64,000 nt of DNA from Eledone cirrhosa (taxonomy: Eukaryota). Under the pieces are notes generated by a model. That model was not told the origin of the DNA. It did no database searches and saw nothing but the letters and a program-made list of their open reading frames with translations. Each line of letters begins with the position of its first letter. The stretch's first letter is position 1. This document shows positions 13,330 to 25,900 of this stretch, one piece after another. Location of the stretch: NCBI GenBank assembly GCA_964016885.1, contig OZ024750.1, positions 1,674,001 to 1,738,000 of the forward strand, given 5' to 3'. The translations under genes were made by a program, and so were the position numbers.

Positions 13330-13420
13330 ACTTCTTTTAAATAATGATGATGATGATAATTAGAAAAATTGAAACAAGACAATTATACTGTTGTATTAAG
13401 TTATTCTTGTGTTCCATATT

Positions 13421-13551
13421 ATTGGCAGAGTCGGCAGAGCGTTAGACAATATGCTTTGCAGCATAGAGTTACAGCCCTTTACGCTCAGAGTTCAAATCTC
13501 ACAGAGGTTAGCTTTACCTTTCATCCTTGCGAGGTCGATAAAATAAAGCAC
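13421..13551 (+). mobile_element. SINE, 3'-truncated
   Basis: attggcagagtcgg...gagttcaaatct...tttcatccttgcgaggtcgataaaataaag. Confidence 0.88.
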
Positions 13552-13573
13552 TATCTATCTATCTCTCTCTCCC

Positions 13574-13584
13574 GTGTGCTTATG

Positions 13585-13624
<40 letters not shown>

Positions 13625-13683
13625 CATAAACACACAGACATATTTATATATATATATAAATATGTCTGTGTGTTTATGTACAT
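13574..13683. repeat. Two overlapping TA-centred palindromes
   Basis: ttatgtacatg(TA)ncatgtacataa and atgtacataaacacacagacatatt(TA)naatatgtctgtgtgtttatgtacat. Confidence 0.9.
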
Positions 13684-13887
13684 ATATATATATATACACT
13701 GAAAACATGTTAGCAAATTAAGGAATGAGTGAAAACAGTAGTTTTATTATACTAGAAAGATGAGACAGATATGCGACGGTTTTGATCAAGTTTGGCCTAA
13801 GTCAACAACAAAAACCGGATGTTGTAAAACCGGATGTCGGTAAAAGATCAGCATGAAGTCTAATGAATCTCATTAAATACTCATATA

Positions 13888-14083
13888 GGGCGGTGGATTG
13901 GCAGTATCGGTAGAGGGTCGGACGCCATGCTTTGCAGCAAAGAGTTACGTCCCTTTATGGTCTGAGTTCAAATCCCGCCGAGGTTAACTTTGCCTTTCAT
14001 CCTTACGGGGTCGATAAAATAAAGTACCAGTAATACACTGTGATAATTGCTGGCCTTGTGCCAAAACTAGAAACAATTAATTA
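13888..14083 (+). mobile_element. Full-length SINE, short subfamily (best reference copy)
   Basis: gggcggtggattggcagtatcggtagagggtcgg...gagttcaaatcccgcc...tagaaacaattaatta, with intact A and B boxes. Confidence 0.95.
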
Positions 14084-14855
14084 CACAGATATATATCAAT
14101 ATTACTCCTGTCTATAAGCCTGTAATTTTACTCATACCTATCAATGTGATGTTGATTCATCTCTATTATGTAAGGGGATTATTGATAATAATCAGAGTAA
14201 TTTATAACTCAGCATTGTTCCCCCTTATGCCACTGCCAAAAACGATGTCCCTATAATGATCAACACAAAATTAACATAATCTCCATCAATACTATATTTA
14301 AAATGGTTATTGGATTATATCTGTGATAGCCATAACAGTAGCCTCACTCCTAAAACAACCTACATAACTACTCGTAACACTGCGATAACTAACTCATTTA
14401 TCATTGCGGTACAAACAAGCTGTACCAACTACAAAACTACCATCAAACTACAACTAATTCAATCATCATCACCATTATTAATAATGATTTTCTAATTTTC
14501 TTGCACTTTTGACAAACCTATTGTGCTCGATACAAGTAGAGGACAATCATATGTTTTCTACATTAAACATTAACATTTTAGCTTCTTTTGTAACATTAGC
14601 CTTATTGATTGTTTCACTGATTTTTAGTTAGACTTCACTAGAACCTTAAGAACATTTATCTGAAGTTATGATTTTCTTTTACCATATGATTATACTTTAT
14701 ATAGGATTTCATTCGATAAATGGCATTCGGCCAACTTGCCACCTACTTTACATTTATCTATACAGTCTTTGTTCTGTTATTGGAATATTTCAGTTCAATG
14801 ATGTAAACCTAGAGTAGCTTAAAGAGAAAAAAAATTTTTTTTTCCTTCTTTCTAG

Positions 14856-14915
14856 GTTTTTAATTTCTTCGTTCGTTTTCGGTGCAACCTTCTCCATCCT
14901 AGTCAGAATCATGAA
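14856..14915 (+). other. Candidate 60-nt exon
   Basis: Long pyrimidine tract ending ccttctttctag, and donor aa|gtaagg; one frame reads hydrophobic FLISSFVFGATFSILVRIM. Confidence 0.3.
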
Positions 14916-16201
14916 GTAAGGAGATAGAATATACATGCATGCCAAAATGTAACCTATGGAGTGTTTGATTTCTCACGCCTTAAGTCTTAATCCGATGAAA
15001 AAGAGAGCTGATAACTTGTGAGAAGATGTATTCAAGCAACGGTTAGAACGATGGCTAACCTATCATATGTAATTCTTCTAGACAAAATGGTGCCTATTTC
15101 AAAATGCTAGATAAATTGACGTATATAGAGTTAAATACCCCAGCCAGAAACAATAAAACCCCTACGATAGAATAATATCTTATCTCTTTAGCCAGTCTAT
15201 CTCTCTGTTCAGTGGTTAAACCCCAATCTTAAGAGTTAAACCCCAATCTTAAATCAAATATCAAGACTGTGTTATTTAACTTTCATAATATTTCTCATTG
15301 TAAAACGTTTTACTATATGTATGCCAACTCCTCGTTGACGGGATATATATATATATATATATTCATTAGTGTGTTCTGTTATTATTTCTGGCAATATTAT
15401 AACAATATGACCCTCCCCAAGTACATATATATATATACATATATGTATATATGTATACATATATATATATGTGTGTGTAGGGGGGGGGGGGTATGTATGT
15501 ATAGTATATATAGACAAATTAATATCCATAGGTATTTAACCTCCCTGTGATATTAGTCCTACCCAGTCATTTTCAGCTGTTTGGGAATGGTAACAGCGGA
15601 AAGCTACTTATTAAAAGCTTTTATAAGGAACATATAAGATTAACGAAATTGCACTATTTCTCTTGCATGCTGTGTTTGTTTGAAATGTTGCATTTAAAAC
15701 GAGTTCACCATGTGTTCAACACGTTATCTAAAAGACTTGATCCAGGATATCTCACAGATTATGCTTTGCTGGATATCAGATCAATGGCTTGTTCTTTATC
15801 AACACTCCTCACTACTGACAAAAGTTCCATAAACAGGATGAACGCAATTGAGATTTATCTCGATAAATCAGATATATCATTTCAAAACGTTATTTTTTAA
15901 ATTTAAATAAGATTGAATTAAATATTACTCAACCCTTTTTCAACATTCTCAGCTATCAAATACCGTTGAAAAATATCACTTTTTAAATCTACCATAACGA
16001 ATAATCTTCATAATTGAATACTTTCTAATTTAAATGATAGGATTTGCAGTTGCCACAGAAATTCTATCCGATGTTCTTCCCAGACTTAAGGTATCAACGT
16101 TTCAAGTTTAAGTGGAAAGGTGTAGGTGTACGTGAGGAATAAATATTTCAATATTTTAAAATGAATTGTGTCTCCTTAGTACACTCTATACTGTGAACTT
16201 T

Positions 16202-16360
16202 AACATTTCCACAATATTATATACTATACAGTGCAATCTTTACATTTCCACAATATTATATACAGTACAATTCTACATTTCCACAATATTATATACAGTA
16301 CAATTCTACATTTCCACAATATTATATACAGTAGAATTCTATATTTCCACAATATTATAT
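16202..16360. repeat. About 33-bp tandem repeat, 5 copies
   Basis: Unit tacatttccacaatattatatacagtacaattc. Confidence 0.9.
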
Positions 16361-16920
16361 ACTATACGCCTTAATGTTTTATATACTACACGCAGTATTT
16401 GTAAAGCGAGGATGTTTACATTCATTGTTAAACTAATTGCTACCTTATTCCTAATACCTTATTTGATTAATACCAGTAAGTACAGCTCGTGTGTACATCT
16501 TTCTCAACCACTAGCAGATGTAATAGCAGCAGCAGTACCTATCTTTCGTCATGTCATCAATCCTTACCATTCTACCCCTCTGCCACTCCACTAGCTTAAC
16601 AGAAGCTGCTGTTATTGTGTATCAACATTTCCGGTTGTCATCAGTGAGTATAGAGAATCAGTAAAAACGAGGCTGTTAATCTTTACTAAACATCTCTCCA
16701 TATCTATCTATCGAATGGGTGTCAGCACATGAATGAAGTTCTTTTATTCGGCACTTGTTGGGTGTGTTCAAAACATTAAAAGTAAATAAAGCACAAACAG
16801 TAACAATGTCAACAACCTCAAGGTAACGTCTCTTTCCAAAACATAAGTGATCTCAAATAATTATCGGCTTCTATTGATTATGTGTTAATCTTCAACACTC
16901 ATACACGCACACACAAACAT

Positions 16921-17150
<230 letters not shown>

Positions 17151-18099
17151 AGACGTATAGATTGTAGGTATAGAAACATTAACAAATGGAAAGTGTTAGG
17201 TGCTTCTGCTAATATATATGATTTTAACTTACATCATAAACACTCGCTTTATGTTAATACATATATAATACTAATTAGTATTTGGTCTAGAAAAGTAATT
17301 AGCATTCCTTATCCAGTACAGCGAATACATTCTTTAAATTATAAAATAAATAAGGTTTAGTTGTGGATTTGATAACGATATATTTGTCCTAGAAACATTA
17401 CCATGTCAGTATCGACGAAAATATAAACCAGTCTTATGTCTAACATGCTTTCAGAAAGAATTCACAGGCAATAATCGTAGAATTCGCAGCATGTATGAAT
17501 CTTTAATATTTATTTAATTCAGGACTGAGTCTTGGGAGGTAGTGAGTAAAATGTTACCATTATCTTCAGTCAATATGTAGCACATCTTACAAATGTTACA
17601 TATTCTTTCTCTTGTTATTATTTTGGATTTCACATTGCGTGTGTACATATTCATATTTTCATGACATGTAATTAATATAGTCGATCGTGGGTATTAGCTG
17701 TAATCCTATAGTGTATAATTATGAAATTACAGGTGTTATGGTTTGACCTTATATTGTTTTTCGTTTGTTGTTTATATCAACAAATATTTCTATCGAAATC
17801 AAGGCTATCAGATGGAGTGAATAACTAATTAAAGTGTGTCTTGGTAACAATCTTATTCCGTGTTCATTTATAGTCAAGCTTAAAAAAGTTCGAGCCATTG
17901 GAACTTTGTCATACGAGAGTATAGTTTCAGGGTTTCCAGGCTGGTATTGATACTTATTATATCGTACTCCTAAAGTGAGAAAGACATGGTACGAGATACC
18001 ATAAAATATCGAAATTCCGATGCTTCAAATTAAACACACACACACGCACTCACTTACACAAATATTACACAACCCGAGTTTACAGAGGTTACAAACGTT

Positions 18100-18350
18100 A
18101 GTCTTAAGTTCTTCCGCGCCGTTCGGTACATCGAGCACTAAGTAGTCACCAACGGTCAAGAACAACGCCGGCCTTTCCGTGTCCTTGCCAAGTCATGTTA
18201 GCTGCCATCAGGTCTTTATAAATACGGCTACCAAATTATAAATGTCACTCAAGATTTGATCAACACGAGGGAATGTTAAAACACACAGTGGTATCGAACC
18301 CGACACTACAAAGTTACAAAGTGCAATCCTTAATCACTTCCCCCATGCCT
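18100..18350 (-). mobile_element. Decayed tRNA-derived SINE of a second family
   Basis: Reverse complement begins aggcatggggGAAGTGATTAAG and has B box GGGTTCGATACC; body differs from the main SINE. Confidence 0.5.
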
Positions 18351-19374
18351 TCATTACATTCTGTCTACATCTACTGTTGTATTTCCGCTGCATCTATCGA
18401 TGAATTTTGAGAGTTTTTTTCTTCTATTTACTTGACTCATATTTTGCGGTCTGTAGGACATGGCATATCAATAATTATTGCATTAATATATCAATTATTA
18501 TCAACAAACGCTAAAATTGGGTCATTGGTCAAATAGAACAGATATTGCAATTCACTGTTTCCTTTCTTTTCATGAATGGATTCTATGCACTCTTTAATGT
18601 TTGTTATATTTCATGACTTATTAAATTTAAGTTGTAGAGAATTGTTTGTAAAATATAAACATAAGATCCAGGCTTTCTGGAAAATTACATAAGTGTTCCG
18701 TGACAAAATATATATGGAAGCAGTGGTATAGAGTATCACATTCAAAGCTCTAAACCACATAGCCAGTCAATGCTTCTTTTTTTCTACGAAAGTTAATTTA
18801 TTTCTAATGAGCTGCTTGGCGTTCCTCGCATGTAGGAGTATGTTAATTTTAATTTGACTATTGTTTTGTTTTGTTTTCATAGTCAATTCTTCTTTGAACA
18901 TTCCATTGGTGAAAGCTGTTGCTAGAATATATTTTCTTATCCTCAGAGATATCATTTTTTCGATGTTGTTTTTAATGAATTTCAATACTTTTAGCCATTT
19001 AATAAACTTTGTGTTAGTGAAACCCTTGTTTACATGTTTGTCAACAGAACTCTTCTCATGAATTAGGAAAAACTATGTAAAATAGTGTCCGTGTTGAAAT
19101 ATTGATGATATACTATTATGTCGATAAAATATTGATTTTCTTAACATTGGCACAAGGCCACATATTTTCGTGGAGACTATAATTTATTAGATCGAATCCA
19201 GCATTCTATCGATTGTGAAAGAATGAAATATTAAGTCGCCGTATTAGAGCAAAGTAACTAAACACCACAAACCATTTTATCCGTATCTTCCTCACCATCC
19301 TCCGGGGAAACGCCGTCTCTATTCTGTCCCCCGGGTCCACGGGGCGGTCAGTGCGTGGGTCCCCATTTGATCAT

Positions 19375-19543
19375 AATAATTGTTTCTACTTTTGGCACAA
19401 GGCCAGCAATTTCCCAGTTCATTACTGGTACTTTATTTTATCGACGACGTAAGGATGAAAGACAAAGTTAACCTCGGCGGGATTTGAACTCAGAATGGCA
19501 AGGGCCGTAACTCTGCGTCAAAGCATGGCGTCCGACCCTCTGC
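19375..19543 (-). mobile_element. SINE, short subfamily, lacking about 20 nt of the head
   Basis: Matches reverse complement of the 13888 copy; an older decayed copy lies at about 19135-19295. Confidence 0.92.
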
Positions 19544-19799
19544 GAGAGAGATGGAGCCGGTGACTGTAGGAGTTTAGTTCCTCAGTGTACATGTGTGTGT
19601 GACTGATTTATTTGTAAACAATAACATTCAAAATGATAATATAACAGTTCTCCTAGTGGTTTCTGGGAGATTTGCTATAGAATTCGGACCCTTAATTCTG
19701 GTTTCGATGTACATGTGATAGATGATATGTAATAGTGTTTTTCACACTTAATTTCTCAATCGATGAAATCAAGTCATCCGCCATCTAGCGGATGTATTA

Positions 19800-20190
19800 T
19801 TTGAGCGCGAGTAATTTCATGACGACTATAATGAATGCTGCCGAGACAGATGTTAGCGGAATTCTAGCAACAAGGCATAAAAACACAAATGGCAAGAAGG
19901 TACTGAAAACTAGACGTCATAGTATAATGGGATGGAGGAGAAATGCATTGCATCGAATATATAGAAACTTCTGTTTGAAAAAAAAAACCGTCTACCTAGC
20001 GTTGTACCATTGATTTGAAAATCTCAATTATATACTTGGCGCCTTTCAAGGAAAGAATAGAGAGAGAGAAATATTGGCTTCACTGGAAAATCAAAAAATA
20101 AAACCATGAAAAGTTTACCATTAGATTAACAATCACTCTGCTGTTTTGGAAGTAACTAGCACACAGCTGTATGATATATACATACTATTT
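19800..20190 (+). pseudogene. Possible R4/Dong LINE relic
   Basis: GWRRNALHRIY, LHWKI and SAVLE resemble R4 WxxKxLHGxY, IHWxLC and PxxVLEN motifs. Confidence 0.35.
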
Positions 20191-20741
20191 ATGCGAATCG
20201 TCAAAGCAGGAAGATATATATATACATACATATATATATATACAGCCATGTATTTATTCATGTTGTGGGTATTTCTTTTTCTTTCTGAAAATATCGATTC
20301 ATAGTAACTTTTGGAATATTGATATAAATATTGAAAAATGTTGTAAATACATGAAAGTTAAAATATAAATGGCCCAAACGAAAATTGCAGATGGAGAGGT
20401 ATTGAAATGTTGATTCAGAGGCGTTGCACTGAAAATCCGCGCTATATTTTGAAAGAACCGCATCATAAAGAAGCAAATACAATTGAAAGAATTTTCTTTT
20501 TTAAACTCAAAGAGTATATTGATGATCCGTATCAGCACATTGGTAAATTATCAACTTTTTCAAGACTTTAACATGCTTTATAATAGCCGAAAATATAACG
20601 AGCATTGAAAACATACTATCTCGCACGTGATGATGCAGTAAAGCAACACCAATAGAATCGCAATTTAATAAAATCGAATATATCCTCATTGATTGGCAAA
20701 TATGGCGTATTCCCCGCATTGTTTAGGGCGATGAATTGATG

Positions 20742-20915
20742 AAGAAGAAAAAGAAAAAGAAAAAGAAAAAGAAAAAGAAAAAGAAAAAGAAAAAGAAAAA
20801 GAAAAATAAAAATAAAAATAAAAAGAAAAATAAAAGAAAAATAAAAATAAAAATAAAAATAAAAAGAAAAAGAAAAAGAAAAAGAAAAAGAAAAAGAAAA
20901 AGAAGAAGAAGAAGA
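20742..20915. repeat. (GAAAAA)n/(TAAAAA)n hexamer microsatellite
   Basis: Direct reading. Confidence 0.95.
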
Positions 20916-22119
20916 AATGAAACACGAACTAAACAAATATTGTTCTCTGTTTCCAAGTCAACAAATTCAAAACAAAAGATGTATTAAAAGATGATAGTAA
21001 GGAAAATGAAAACAAAGAAGAAACAAGAGATATTGTGAAATTCCCTGCTCAATCAAACCTATCCCCATCCTTTAGCGTTTTATGCGATATCGCAGTTCCC
21101 TTCTGGCTGTCCCCCGACAACTCTGATGTTTCTGTAATACAAGCTGTCATTCAGCAATTTTTCTAGAGCATCCTGCTTTATTTTCTATGTTTCTGTCCCT
21201 TCTTTTCATATTGTCCCCAATGGTTTTCCATCATCTCCAACTCCTCTCCATCACCAAAAGATGATAGGGAGGATCTAGGACCGAAAATGTCTGGCAAGTC
21301 TACTGATGACTTTCCTTCGATAATGGAAACTATTGTGGTCATCTGGTAATCACCATGTAAAACAGCATTCTACCCTATGTTGTTGCTTGGTACTACTAAA
21401 TTCATCATAAACCCCTAACATTAAGCAGAAGGGTCAATATCTGCACACATATCATTTACCATGGTTGTCATATACCTGTGTCCCATGTAATGAGGTACCA
21501 CTCTGTGATCAAGGCGTTACATATCAGCTCTAAGCTCTATCTCTTCGCTCACCTGGTTCCTCATCAGACATGCTCCCATCTGACCTTTCGCGGTTGATTG
21601 AGCACACATCGTGCAATACATCGACTAGCGTTTCATATAATTCCACGTTCGCGGTAATTTAGTAATGTTCTTCATCGATGTCTAGTATTTGTTTTTGGCT
21701 TACAACTCTAACAAATTACTTTTTTCTGTTGCTGTTTTAAAGTTTACGATTTCACCATTTTTTTTTTTTTTTTTTTAGTTTGTAGTATTAATTGTAACTG
21801 TCTGTGTTTAAAACTGTCCGTTTAAGTACTATGTTTTCCATTTTATCATTTCTAATCTATTTGTACGTTTTATTATTTGTTTAGGGACAGGGGCATGGCT
21901 GCTATTATGTGTGTAGCTAATGTTTCTTGCCACTATCATATAATAAACAAAGACAAATAAATTTGTACAAAAATACATTTGCATAATAAAAATGTCTAAG
22001 GACGAACCTGTTTTGTCACCCACGAGTTGTGGAGTAGACGATCAAATACTTGAAGCCCTGTGAAGTGTAGCAAGTTACAGTAATAACAGCAACAACGATG
22101 ACAGCAACAGCAACATCCA

Positions 22120-22928
22120 CAACAAGTTAGTTAAAACAGTGTAATATCACGCTTGATAAAGAAACTGAGATGAGATAAGTAGATCAAAGACAAACATACT
22201 AATACTTAGGAATCAATGAACTAGACAGGGTTTAACACAAACAACTGAAAGAAAAGATTAGAAAGTAATACTAAAGACAGATTAGAGTAATACTTAAGAC
22301 TGAACTAAATGGAAATAATTTTATATGCATCAATAAACTAACGATTCCAGTAATAAATTGCAGTTTTAATATTCTTAACTGGTCACCAAAAGAACTAGCA
22401 GGGCTAATGTCCGCATTTAGAATTCAGCTCTAAAAATCAGATGCAGTAAGATTATATAATACTTACTATGAAGACAGCCGTATAAGGTCATCATGCAATT
22501 AGAAATCTATTATAAAATAACCACTTTAGGACTATAAAAATAAGTGATGAAGAATTATAAGGAAATACTACATAAGCCACGAAGAATGAACAAAGCGACA
22601 AATGGTTTTCTGTCTGCACGGAAGCCAACAGGTTGAAAACAGAAGCTGAGTTGAAAGATAATTATGAAGAGAATTAAAAGTAAAACAATAAACTACAAGA
22701 GTAATGGAAACAAAATAATACCTAAATTGAAAACAGATCTTAAGAAGGTCATACTAAAATGATGGCAAGACAACCTCCTACATAAGCTAAATAGGGTGGA
22801 AGTAGTGAAACAAAATTCACGAAACAAGTTTAAATACGCTGAACTAGAAACAGAGACATTAGGGTTTCTAAACATTTGATCAAACTATCTTTACCTGAAA
22901 CCATCAAACATATATGATGAAGTAGGAC
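22120..22928 (+). pseudogene. R4/Dong-clade LINE relic (RT C-terminal/thumb region), ending at the satellite
   Basis: TY*YLGINE, LKEKIRK*Y*RQIRVILKTELNGNN, CINKLTIPVINCSFNILNWSPKEL, KSDAVRLY, MQLEIYYKITTLGL, ELETETLGFL, DQTIFT*NHQTYMMK, collinear with the R4 consensus; multiple stops. Confidence 0.85.
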
Positions 22929-25900
22929 ACATTGTACTATATTGTACTACATTGTACTACATTGTACTACATTGTACCACATTGTACTATATTGTACTAC
23001 ATTGTACTACATTGTACTACATTGTACTATATTGTACTATATTGTACTACATTGTACTACATTGTACTATATTGTACTACATTGTACTATATTGTACTAC
23101 ATTGTACTACATTGTACCACATTGTACTATATTGTACTACATTGTACTACATTGTACTACATTGTACCACATTGTACTATATTGTACTACATTGTACTAC
23201 ATTGTACTACATTGTACTATATTGTACTACATTGTACTACATTGTACCACATTGTACTATATTGTACTACATTGTACTACATTGTACTACATTGTACTAT
23301 ATTGTACTACATTGTACTATATTGTACTACATTGTACCACATTGTACTATATTGTACTACATTGTACTACATTGTACTACATTGTACTACATTGTACTAC
23401 ATTGTACTATATTGTACTACATTGTACTACATTGTACTACATTGTACTACATTGTACTACATTGTACTACATTGTACCACATTGTACTATATTGTACTAC
23501 ATTGTACTACATTGTACTACATTGTACCACATTGTAATATATTGTACTACATTGTACTACATTGTACTACATTGTACTACATTGTACTACATTGTACTAT
23601 ATTGTACTACATTGTACTACATTGTACTACATTGTACTACATTGTACTATATTGTACTACATTGTACTACATTGTACTATATTGTACTACATTGTACTAT
23701 ATTGTACTACATTGTACCACATTGTACTACATTGTACCACATTGTACTATATTGTACTATATTGTACTATATTGTACTACATTGTACCACATTGTACTAC
23801 ATTGTACCACATTGTACTATATTGTACTACATTGTACTATATTGTACTATATTGTACTATATTGTACTACATTGTACTATATTGTACTACATTGTACCAC
23901 ATTGTACTACATTGTACCACATTGTACTATATTGTACTACATTGTACTATATTGTACTATATTGTACTACATTGTACTATATTGTACTACATTGTACTAC
24001 ATTGTACTACATTGTACTATATTGTACTACATTGTACTACATTGTACTACATTGTACTACATTGTACTACATTGTACTACATTGTACTACATTGTACTAT
24101 ATTGTACTACATTGTACTATATTGTACTACATTGTACTGCATTGTACTACATTGTACCACATTGTACTACATTGTACTACATTGTACTATATTGTACTAT
24201 ATTGTACTACATTGTACTACATTGTACTATATTGTACTACATTGTACTATATTGTACTACATTGTACTGCATTGTACTGCATTGTACTACATTGTACCAC
24301 ATTGTACTACATTGTACTACATTGTACTATATTGTACTATATTGTACTACATTGTACTACATTGTACTATATTGTACTACATTGTACTATATTGTACTAC
24401 ATTGTACTACATTGTACTGCATTGTACTACATTGTACCACATTGTACTACATTGTACTACATTGTACTATATTGTACTATATTGTACTATATTGTACTAC
24501 ATTGTACTATATTGTACTACATTGTACTATATTGTACTACATTGTACTATATTGTACTATATTGTACTACATTGTACTATATTGTACTACATTGTACCAC
24601 ATTGTACTACATTGTACTATATTGTACTACATTGTACTACATTGTACTATATTGTACTACATTGTACTACATAGTACCACATTGTACCACATTGTACTAT
24701 ATTGTACTACATTGTACCACATTGTAATATATTGTACTACATTGTACTAAATTGTACCATTGTACTACATTGTACCACATTGTACTATATTGTACCACAT
24801 TTTACTATATTGTACTACATTGTACCACATTGTACTACATTGTACCACATTGTACTACATTGTACCACATTGTACTATATTGTACTACATTGTACTACAT
24901 TGTACTATATTGTACTACATTGTACCACATTGTACTATATTGTACTACATTGTACTATATTGTACCACATTGTACTATATTGTACTACATTGTACTATAT
25001 TGTACTACATTGTACTACATTGTACTACAATGTACTATATTGTACTATGTTGTACTACATTATACTATATTGGACTATATTGTACTATATTGTACTATAT
25101 TGTAATATATTATACTATATTGTACTACATTGTACTACATTGTACTATATTGTACTATATTGTATTACATTATACTATATTGTACTAAATTGTACTATAT
25201 TGTACTATATTGTACTACCTTGTATAACATTGTACTATATTGTACTATATTGTACTACATTGTACTACATTGTACTACATTGTATTAAATTGTACTACAT
25301 TGTACTACATTGTACTATATTGTACTAAATTATACTACATTGTACTACAATGTACTATATTGTACTATATTGTACTACATTATACTATATTGGACTATAT
25401 TGTACTATATTGTACTATATTGGACTATATTGTACTATATTGTACTACATTGTACTACATTGTACTATATTGTACTATATTGTATTACATTATACTATAT
25501 TGTACTATATTGTAGTACATTGTACTATATTGTACTATATTGTACTACATTGTACAGCATTGTACTATATTGTACTACATTGTACTACATTGTACTACAT
25601 TGTACTATATTGTACTATATTGTACTACATTGTACTATATTGTACTACATTGTACTATATTGTACTACATTGTACCACATTGTACTACATTGTACCACAT
25701 TGTACTACATTGTACCACATTGTACTATATTGTACTATATTGTACTATATTGTACTACATTGTACCACATTGTACTACATTGTACCACATTGTACTATAT
25801 TGTACTACATTGTACTATATTGTACTATATTGTACTATATTGTACTACATTGTACTATATTGTACTACATTGTACCACATTGTACTACATTGTACCACAT

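Noticed and set aside
13888-13980. tRNA gene
   Set aside because: A and B boxes are present but continue into the SINE body; no proper cloverleaf or terminator.
16621-16648. Minus-strand CTGATGA-caaccg-GAAAT-GTT-GA
   Set aside because: Stem I closing pair mismatched, stem II minimal, no TA or Penelope context; likely chance.
21300-21345. CTGATGA...GAAAC hammerhead-like spacing
   Set aside because: No convincing stems I, II or III.
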